Assembly (NCBI GenBank): GCA_964388035.1 | Contig: CAYLZE010000021.1 | Span: 1-59,600, forward strand | Direction of reading: 5' to 3' | Length of the DNA stretch: 59,600 nucleotides | Origin: an uncultured archaeon | GTDB taxonomy: Archaea > Asgardarchaeota > Lokiarchaeia > Sigyniarchaeales > SOKP01 | Shown here: piece by piece, positions 52,573 to 59,600 of the stretch | Numbering within the stretch: the stretch's first letter is position 1 | Layout: each line of letters begins with the position of its first letter | Notes under the pieces: model-generated | The model's database searches: none | What the model saw: the letters and a program-made list of their open reading frames with translations, nothing else | What the model was told of the DNA's origin: nothing | Made by a program: the position numbers and the translations under genes

Positions 52573-53685
52573 ATGAACATTATAGATATTATTTTATTAA
52601 TTGGCCTATGTATATCTATTATTTTTAGTTTAGGATTAATATACCAAGTTTACAAGAATAAAAGAAATTTTCCTACCACTTCTCTTTTTATTCTTACCAT
52701 CATGATCGCTATTCTTTTAGGTATTTTATATTCTTCTCTTTACGTTCTCTCGATTACTTTCTTCTTTTCGCAATCTATTAACTTGTTCTTATGGAAATTA
52801 GCTAATATAATTCATTTCATATTTTTGGGAAATGGTCTTTTAATCATTAAATTTAGCCAGAAAAATGAGATTCCCACTCCAACAATTATTTTCTTGACAA
52901 TTCTAATTGGATTTTTAATTGGGACCTTGCATATTTCTAATTCCATATCTTTTTCTTTTTCTTCTTCAGGTATTAATTACCAATATTCTTTTTTTAGTCA
53001 ATTGATAAATGTATTTATTTGCATTTCATATATTGGGTTATTTTTGTATCAAACTTTAATTAACTTCTATTTTAAAAGAAGAAGGATTCCAAAACAAATG
53101 GTAGTGTTTTACATCTTTTTTTTGGGACCAATGATTGCCTACATTTTATATATTACTTATTTTATTCCAATTTTAAAATATATTCATATTATTTTTGCAT
53201 GGAGTATTTATATTGTTTTAAATACAATCATGCTGAAAATGCCTTATCCTTTCTTAAACGTATCAAATAAAGTATATTTTATAAATATCTATCATAAAAG
53301 TGGAATTCTTTTATTTTCATATCATTTTGATAAAGTAAATAATATTGACAATTCAACTATCTGGGGGCAAATTTTAATCGGTATAAATCATATTCTCTCG
53401 GAATTCATTGAAAAAGAAGATAAAATCGATATGCTTAAGATAAAGGATTCCGAAATTGCTGTAAAATATGTGGATGCTTATGGATTTGCAATTTTAGTTT
53501 TTACGGATGATAAAAATTTAATATTGGAAAAAATCATAAATGAATTTACAGAAGAGTTCATAAAAAAATATAAAAATGAGTTAATTGAATTATCCGATTT
53601 AAATAAATTAATCAATGTTTCAGAATTTAGCGAAACGTTAACTTTAGTGAGGAAATACTTTAATCTCTATTTAAATCATCATTAA
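52573..53685 (+). CDS. 7-TM membrane protein with C-terminal longin-like domain (tandem paralog)
   Basis: Seven hydrophobic segments, then FINIYHKSGILLFSYHF...GQILIGINH...YGFAILVFT. Confidence 0.75.
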   Translation: MNIIDIILLIGLCISIIFSLGLIYQVYKNKRNFPTTSLFILTIMIAILLGILYSSLYVLSITFFFSQSINLFLWKLANIIHFIFLGNGLLIIKFSQKNEIPTPTIIFLTILIGFLIGTLHISNSISFSFSSSGINYQYSFFSQLINVFICISYIGLFLYQTLINFYFKRRRIPKQMVVFYIFFLGPMIAYILYITYFIPILKYIHIIFAWSIYIVLNTIMLKMPYPFLNVSNKVYFINIYHKSGILLFSYHFDKVNNIDNSTIWGQILIGINHILSEFIEKEDKIDMLKIKDSEIAVKYVDAYGFAILVFTDDKNLILEKIINEFTEEFIKKYKNELIELSDLNKLINVSEFSETLTLVRKYFNLYLNHH

Positions 53686-53702
53686 TACGCGTTAAATTAG
53701 AA

Positions 53703-54224
53703 TTATCTTGGAAGAAATTTCCTTCTTTCAATTCTACGCGAAAGATTTAATAAAATTAGGTATTTGAAAATTTTATCTACATCTTTAATCTCAAAGGAAC
53801 ACACTTTTCCCACGATTCTTCCAAAATCATGAAATAAATTCATTTCCATTAGTTCATGTAACACGTTAAATAATTTAGTATCTTTTGAAATCAAAAAAGC
53901 TAAATCCTTGAGGGTATTGGGGATTAAATCATTAACTTGCTCATAATGTTGGCTTTCTTGTTCAATAAAACTCAAAATTTTATCAAGTTGTTGATCAATA
54001 ATCTCTTTAATATTCCTTCCTATTTCTCCCGTATTTAATTGACCCAGCATGGTGGATGAGCATCTATTAGCCTCGGCCTGCAGATTTATACTGATAAATT
54101 CCAAAACTTTATCCAAATACACAATGGCTCCATCTATATTATCTTTTTCAATATCTTTTGCAAACTTATTCCCTTTTTCGGCACTTATTCTCATAAAGAT
54201 GGAATTTAGATTATCCTTCATCAT
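53703..54224 (-). CDS. Hypothetical helical protein
   Basis: 173-aa ORF with SD GAGGA upstream. Confidence 0.7.
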   Translation of the reverse strand: MMKDNLNSIFMRISAEKGNKFAKDIEKDNIDGAIVYLDKVLEFISINLQAEANRCSSTMLGQLNTGEIGRNIKEIIDQQLDKILSFIEQESQHYEQVNDLIPNTLKDLAFLISKDTKLFNVLHELMEMNLFHDFGRIVGKVCSFEIKDVDKIFKYLILLNLSRRIERRKFLPR

Positions 54225-54473
54225 ATATCCTCAACTTTACTTACAATACCCCATAACAATAGAAAAAATATTCTTAACCATATTAAACTAATAAGAAATG
54301 TAATTTAAACTTTGACTATCGTGAATTGTTTTAATGTTACTATTTAGATTTAGAACTTATATAACGTAATTCATCTTATTTAAATTTAAGTAAATAGAAA
54401 AATTAGTTTTGAATTATTCCTTCTTACTATTGCCTTTTAAGAGAGTTATATTTAAATTTCAAAAATTATAATA

Positions 54474-56072
54474 TTACCAATTTTTCTTATTCTTGAGTAA
54501 TTTAAAAATATAAGAGTCAACCAAAGCGTCCCAGCTTGCGACTATAATATTCTCATTAGCTCCAATGGTGCCCCATTTCCCTTCCTTATCGTGAGTTTCT
54601 GCTAAAACTCTCACTTTCGAGGCAGTTCCTTCTTGATTGATGATTCTTACTTTAAAATCAGATAATTGAATTTCTCCAATACTCGGATAGAAGTAAACTA
54701 ATGCTTTTTTAAGCGCATTATCAAGGGCATTGACTGGGCCATTCCCCTCCGCCGCGGTATGAAATAATTCCTCTCCCACTTTAACTTTTATGGTGGCTTC
54801 TGAAATCAAATTTTCCTTGTACTTTTCAGTTAAAACTCTAAACCCCTCTAATTGAAAGAATTTCTTCCGATAATAATTCGGATCTTCAATATTCATATCC
54901 ATGCTCCGCATTATGATTTCCAAGGATCCTTCGGCACCCTCATAAGAATAACCATTGTTTTCCTTTTCTTTAACCACGTCTAAAATTGCCTTTACCTTAG
55001 GATTATCTTTATTCAATGGAACATTCAATTTTTGCGCAGTATGAAGGATAGTACTTTTTCCCGCTAATTCAGAAATCTTTATGTTCCGATTATTTCCCAC
55101 AATTTCAGGGTCCATGTGCTCATACGTTTTTACATCTTTTTGCATCGCAGAAACGTGTACCCCTCCCTTATGAGAGAACGCGTTTTTACCTACAAAGGGC
55201 TGATCATCCATGTGGGGGAGATTAGATTCTTCATAGACAAATCGAGAAACTTCTGTTAGATTTTTTAGATGTTCTTCAGCAATACAATTGACACCCATTT
55301 TAATTTTTAAGATAGGTAAAATAGTAGTTAGATCTGTATTCCCACAGCGTTCTCCAAACCCATTAATGGTTCCCTGTATCATTCGCGCGCCTTGACGGAA
55401 CGCTTCTATTGCAACGGCATTAGCCATTCCCGAATCATTATGGGCATGAATCCCTAAGGGAATTTTCCCAATATAGTCATATACTTCTTGAAAAATTGGT
55501 TGAATCTCGTGAGGAAGCAAGCCACCATTCGTATCACACAATACAATCCACGATGCTCCTGCATTAACGGCACAAGAAACAGTTTCTAATGCGTAAGCTT
55601 TATTATTTTTAAATCCATCAAAAAAATGTTCCGCATCATAGATGACATCAATACTATTTTTAGTTAAGTAAAAAATAGTATCTTCAATCATTTTGAGATT
55701 CTCTTCCAAGGTTGTTTCTAACGCGGTTGTCACGTGGAGATCCCAGCTCTTTCCAAAAATGGTTGCATGCTTTATTCCTAACGCAATTAATGCTTGAAGA
55801 TTTCTATCTTCTTTCACATCGATCTCTTTTCTTCGCGTGCTTCCAAAAGTGTATATTTTTGAATCTCTAAGATCTGTTTGGACAATCTTCTTATATAAAC
55901 TGATATCTTTAGGATTCGATCCGGGCCATCCCAATTCAATCATGGGTACATGTAAATCGTTTATTAATCGTTCTAAAATTCTTAATTTATCCTCGACTGA
56001 AAATGCGATTCCGGATTTTTGACACCCTTCCCGAAGGGTGGAATCATATATTACCACGTTTTCTTCCATCAT
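54474..56072 (-). CDS. cimA: Citramalate synthase (bacterial-type CimA, DRE-TIM family)
   Basis: DSTLREG, GWPGSNPKD, IFGKSWDLHV, YDAEHFFDG, HAHND, GERCGN, HKGGVH, ISELAG, regulatory domain GNGPVNAL. Confidence 0.92.
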   Translation of the reverse strand: MMEENVVIYDSTLREGCQKSGIAFSVEDKLRILERLINDLHVPMIELGWPGSNPKDISLYKKIVQTDLRDSKIYTFGSTRRKEIDVKEDRNLQALIALGIKHATIFGKSWDLHVTTALETTLEENLKMIEDTIFYLTKNSIDVIYDAEHFFDGFKNNKAYALETVSCAVNAGASWIVLCDTNGGLLPHEIQPIFQEVYDYIGKIPLGIHAHNDSGMANAVAIEAFRQGARMIQGTINGFGERCGNTDLTTILPILKIKMGVNCIAEEHLKNLTEVSRFVYEESNLPHMDDQPFVGKNAFSHKGGVHVSAMQKDVKTYEHMDPEIVGNNRNIKISELAGKSTILHTAQKLNVPLNKDNPKVKAILDVVKEKENNGYSYEGAEGSLEIIMRSMDMNIEDPNYYRKKFFQLEGFRVLTEKYKENLISEATIKVKVGEELFHTAAEGNGPVNALDNALKKALVYFYPSIGEIQLSDFKVRIINQEGTASKVRVLAETHDKEGKWGTIGANENIIVASWDALVDSYIFKLLKNKKNW

Positions 56073-56132
56073 TCCATTCTACCTCATTCTTTACTCGTTT
56101 TCTTGTTTGAAATAAATTCCAAATCTAATAGG

Positions 56133-56181
56133 ATAAAGAAAAATTAAAAGATCATAAAAAAAGTTTAAAATTTTTCTTTAT
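56133..56181 (-). terminator. Hairpin with internal U7 tract between leader peptide and cimA (candidate attenuator)
   Basis: Perfect 13-bp inverted repeat, ATAAAGAAAAATT (56133-56145) / AATTTTTCTTTAT (56169-56181); the 23-nt spacer carries a U7 run on the minus strand. Confidence 0.55.
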
Positions 56182-56185
56182 GAAT

Positions 56186-56245
56186 TTAAATAATCCCAAT
56201 AATATCTATAATAATTATTCCGATCTTTGGAATTATTCGATTCAT
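56186..56245 (-). CDS. Ile-rich leader peptide of cimA: MNRIIPKIGIIIIDIIGII
   Basis: 19 codons, 11 of them Ile (ATT x7, ATA x3, ATC x1); stop 113 nt upstream of cimA. Confidence 0.75.
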   Translation of the reverse strand: MNRIIPKIGIIIIDIIGII

Positions 56246-56272
56246 AATTATATAGGACAAAAAAAAATGATG

Positions 56273-56288
56273 ATTTATATTTTTTTTT
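56273..56288 (-). promoter_or_regulatory. Putative BRE/TATA promoter of the cimA leader
   Basis: A-run followed by ATATAAAT, 28-35 nt upstream of the leader ATG; spacing fits a leaderless or near-leaderless archaeal transcript. Confidence 0.5.
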
Positions 56289-56450
56289 GATTTAAAGTAT
56301 TTGCATCATGAAAAAAAACATGATTCGATTTTTTAGATAATCTTTAAGCTTCCGTTCTAAGGCATGTATCTCCGAATTAAAAGAATTTATATCAAAAAAA
56401 GGTATGAGCTCATGTAAGCATTAAAATCTAATTTTTGCTACTTTTCCATG

Positions 56451-56525
56451 AGAATTGGTCTATAAAATAAGAATTGGTCTATAAAATAAGAATTGGTCTA
56501 TAAAATAAGAATTGGTCTATAAATA
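56451..56525. repeat. 19-bp tandem repeat AGAATTGGTCTATAAAATA x4
   Basis: Three perfect copies (56451-56469, 56470-56488, 56489-56507) and a fourth lacking one A; no spacers. Confidence 0.95.
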
Positions 56526-56599
56526 ATTTAATTTATTGATTTTATTTTTGCTAGTTAAGAAATAAATAATAATTAAAAACAGAAGTGAAAAAAATAAAA

Positions 56600-57211
56600 A
56601 TGGCAAAATTTTGTCCTAATTGTGGAAATGAAGTCGATCCAGACGCAAAATTCTGTAATTATTGTGGGGCAGAATTGAGTAAATATCAACCTAAAGCTCC
56701 AGAAAGTTCATATAGTCCAGCAATATCTCAAGTTAGTTCGCAAACTCAGAGTCAAGCTTATCAACAAGTTCAAGTCACTGCACCTCAGGGAATGCAATAT
56801 GTGAAGTACGCAGACTTTGGAGAGAGATTTGTTGCTTTTCTTGTGGATATTATCATTATAGGATTGATCGGAGGGGGGATTTCGGTCATGGCAGGATATG
56901 GATTCCCTTTTTTGGGGCCTTCATTCTTTATCAACTGGCTGATTGGATTTGTATATTTCTTTGGTTTGGAAGCAGGAAATCATGGGCAAACTCTTGGAAA
57001 AGTTCTCATGAAAATTAGAACTGTAGATGAAAATACATTAAAGCCAACCGACGCTGGAAAATATGCATTAAATAATCTGCTAAAACCTTCGGTCTTTTTT
57101 ATACTTGACTTGATAATTGGCTTAATACTCAATTCGAATGATCCTCAAGGTAGGAATAGATACAGACTCCTACAAAAAGCGTCTGGAACGGTTGTAATTA
57201 AAGAGAGATAA
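56600..57211 (+). CDS. Zinc-ribbon + RDD family membrane protein
   Basis: FCPNCG..FCNYCG, Q/S-rich linker, ERFVAFLVD, GQTLGK..MKIR; ATG 56600 preferred. Confidence 0.9.
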   Translation: MAKFCPNCGNEVDPDAKFCNYCGAELSKYQPKAPESSYSPAISQVSSQTQSQAYQQVQVTAPQGMQYVKYADFGERFVAFLVDIIIIGLIGGGISVMAGYGFPFLGPSFFINWLIGFVYFFGLEAGNHGQTLGKVLMKIRTVDENTLKPTDAGKYALNNLLKPSVFFILDLIIGLILNSNDPQGRNRYRLLQKASGTVVIKER

Positions 57212-57363
57212 AAATTGTTTTTTTCTTTTATACTCTCCTTTTTCTCTACTTTTCTTTTTTTATTTTTTCTATTTTTCAGAAAACCATTATAATCTAAAGA
57301 TTTATTAAGAATATTCGATATTTAATAAATCGAACATTGATTAAAAGTTAATAACCCTTAGAT

Positions 57364-57585
57364 GTGATGAAAATGCAAGTAGTTGAAACTCAAGATAAGG
57401 AATGGTCAGAAGATTGGAATGCAATCGTGGAGATATTTAATCTGATAGATGAATTGAAAGAGCAGTTCAATAAATTAGACGTGACATATTTGAGAGAATT
57501 ACAGCAGAATATTCTTATTCTAAATTTAGAGAAATATGCTTGGACTCTGCAAAATTACATTATAGAAAAATATTCAAAAGCTTAG
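57364..57585 (+). CDS. Small hypothetical helical protein
   Basis: 73-aa amphipathic ORF followed by a U-rich tract. Confidence 0.65.
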   Translation: MMKMQVVETQDKEWSEDWNAIVEIFNLIDELKEQFNKLDVTYLRELQQNILILNLEKYAWTLQNYIIEKYSKA

Positions 57586-57791
57586 AATTTTCTACTATAT
57601 TTCTTCTATTTTTCTCCATTCTCCTAACTACTCAGTTAATAGAAATATAAGGAGTGTACCTCCAATAAGGCTGAAGATTATTATAAAAATGATGAGAAGC
57701 CCTAATCTTTGACTTTTTCTTTTCCTTTTTTTTCTAGATTCCCTGATCTTTTTCTTTGATTTAGAAGACATCGAATTTAAGTAATGGAAGT

Positions 57792-58556
57792 TTATTGCGT
57801 GTCCAATTTATTATTTGCTTCTTGTTCTATTTTTTTTAAAAGTTGAGTTAGCACTACTTTATTATAGGAGAACAGCATGCGAGGAGTCAAGTTTTTGGTC
57901 AAATATGCTCCATCCTCTACCTTTTCCTTTAACTCAAATAATTGCTTTTCTTTTATTAATTCTCCCATATATGGTCTATCATATTCTCGATAACGAAATA
58001 GCTTATTTTTAACAATAACCATGTTTAATTCGTATCCTTCTGGGATTCCCATATTTTCCAAGATTAAGAGGATTTTTTCTCGAGATAATTCTTCCAATAA
58101 TGCTAAATCTTCCTCACTTTCTTTATAGGAAGGACCAGTTTGCATGTCTTCATAATCAATTTCTTTTTCTAGTCCAACTGCCACTTTATAACCAAATGTC
58201 TCGTCGCCCTCATCAACCGTGGTTATTTTATAAGCAATTCCAAATCGGTCCCGTATATTTGGAGCAATTTTTGCTGCGACAAATTTTGCTCTTGTAGTCG
58301 TATTACTCCCATGCCAAATCCAAACCCTATAGCTTCTAGGATCCACAAAAAGAAGAATAAATTCGGGATCTAAAAGTTCGTAAAGAGGAACCTCTTCCTT
58401 GAATTCTAATTCTTGAAATTCATCCAATTGTTCATTAAATTGAAATACAAGTATCTTTTCCACTTTCTTTTCAGGAGTGATTAAACCTGTAGTTTTATCC
58501 TTTTCATTTTCTTCTGAATTATTATCATTATTTGAAGGATTCTGATTTTTTGACAT
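57792..58556 (-). CDS. Gelsolin-like domain protein with C-terminal extension (Asgard ESP)
   Basis: LLDPEFILLFVD...RVWIWHGSNTTTRAKFVAAKIA..IRD...VDEGDET matches the gelsolin segment pattern. Confidence 0.75.
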   Translation of the reverse strand: MSKNQNPSNNDNNSEENEKDKTTGLITPEKKVEKILVFQFNEQLDEFQELEFKEEVPLYELLDPEFILLFVDPRSYRVWIWHGSNTTTRAKFVAAKIAPNIRDRFGIAYKITTVDEGDETFGYKVAVGLEKEIDYEDMQTGPSYKESEEDLALLEELSREKILLILENMGIPEGYELNMVIVKNKLFRYREYDRPYMGELIKEKQLFELKEKVEDGAYLTKNLTPRMLFSYNKVVLTQLLKKIEQEANNKLDTQ

Positions 58557-58767
58557 GTCTTACTACGCCCTTTTTAAATTAAATTATATTATCTCTCATG
58601 AATAATCTGAGTGTAAATTATATGAAATGGAAATCTAAAATAATCTTAGTAAAAATGCTATGAAACTGTATTGTATAAAATAAATCCTTACACGGATTTA
58701 AATCTTCTTGATACTAACCAATTGCTACATATTTTAAAAATATTCACGTGTCAACTTCTATTTATAA

Positions 58768-58852
58768 TGCGGGAAGGGAGATTTGAACTCCCGAACTCCT
58801 TCGAGACTGGATTCTGAGTCCAGCGCCTTTAACCAAACTTGGCAATTCCCGC
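58768..58852 (-). tRNA. tRNA-Leu(CAG), 85 nt, no intron, CCA not encoded
   Basis: Acceptor GCGGGAA/TTCCCGC + A73, anticodon arm CTGGA-CTCAGAA-TCCAG, long variable arm CTC-GAAG-GAG, T arm GGGAG-TTCAAAT-CTCCC. Confidence 0.95.
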
Positions 58853-59026
58853 AGGTGAGACCTCCCATGTATCGCAATACCTAAATACATATTGAAGTGA
58901 ACAGAAGCAAAATAAAATGAAAACGAATATAGAAAGTAAAAATCGTTCAAGACATTAAAATCATGCAAATCTAATAAAATCAATTACAAGAAATCATTCA
59001 ATGGGATAGATTTTTTAAACTCAAAG

Positions 59027-59428
59027 TTACATGTAGAGATGATCGTGAGAATCCAAAAAATAGTTGGTAAGTAATTGAACAAGGTTTTGAAATTCATTAA
59101 TTATGAAAGAGAAATTCCCATTATTTGGGAAAATTGATAACAAAATAGCTTGCTTGGTGATTGCTTTAATCAAGACACCATAGGAAATTTGGCTCGAATC
59201 TAAATCAAAATGCAAAAACTCAATATCATTATAAAAATTAAAATTATTTTTGGTATCTTTTGCCAATTTATTAATAACCTTCCACGCTTGAGCAATTCCT
59301 TGGGAATACGCCTTTTGATCGATTTCATTGTCATTTTCGGATGCAACTATCATTCCTTGGTGATTTAACAGTGTTGCCGTTGAGACATGGGTTTTTTCTT
59401 TAAATTTACCTAAAAGGACATTAATCAT
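59027..59428 (-). CDS. Roadblock/LAMTOR-like protein
   Basis: VSTATLLNHQGMIVAS...VLIKAITKQAILLSIF roadblock pattern. Confidence 0.7.
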   Translation of the reverse strand: MINVLLGKFKEKTHVSTATLLNHQGMIVASENDNEIDQKAYSQGIAQAWKVINKLAKDTKNNFNFYNDIEFLHFDLDSSQISYGVLIKAITKQAILLSIFPNNGNFSFIINEFQNLVQLLTNYFLDSHDHLYM

Positions 59429-59600
59429 TGATTTAAAATCTCTCTAAGTAATAATTCTTTTTTTATAGGAACTATTGTTAATAGAACTGACAACTATTTA
59501 AATATTTCTCTTATATAATTAATTTAATCAATGATTTCACACAAAGATAATAGGAGCGTAATTATTTACCACAAAAAAGAATGAATTAACTATTTTTATA

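Noticed and set aside
56451-56525. CRISPR array
   Set aside because: Units are contiguous with no spacers, only 19 bp, and no cas genes are in the window
58762-58983. 73-aa ORF
   Set aside because: It overlaps tRNA-Leu on the same strand; the translation is a tRNA shadow
1-59600. Genome-wide stop-codon reassignment
   Set aside because: TAA, TAG and TGA all terminate well-supported genes here, and long genes are uninterrupted

Overview
AT-rich archaeal chromosomal segment, most likely from an Asgard archaeon (Lokiarchaeia/Promethearchaeota-like). The evidence is archaeal TBP, an archaemetzincin, and Asgard-type eukaryotic signature proteins: a roadblock-Rab-like GTPase fusion, other roadblock-like proteins, a gelsolin-like protein and two 7TM-longin proteins. 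Housekeeping content includes UbiX, a polyprenyl synthase, GH38 mannosidase, GGT, AcnA, a 9-gene TCA cluster (korAB-icd-sdhAB-fumC-FMN hydroxy-acid dehydrogenase-gltA-acn), a SWIM/SNF2 pair, hisB, an orphan N6-adenine MTase, cimA and tRNA-Leu(CAG). The strongest signals are translational ones that the ORF track misses. (1) A candidate new selenoprotein at 40728-41651 (-): strong SD, ATA start, in-frame TGA at codon 14, and a eukaryote/Loki-type AUGA-stem-AA-stem-GA SECIS 12 nt after the stop. (2) A 19-aa leader peptide with 11 Ile, followed by a hairpin/U-tract, upstream of citramalate synthase, suggesting Ile-sensing attenuation in an archaeon. (3) Five genes where a good SD points to an ATT/ATA start. 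(4) An FMN alpha-hydroxy-acid dehydrogenase sitting where malate dehydrogenase is expected in the TCA cluster. All calls come from reading the sequence by eye; no searches were run.
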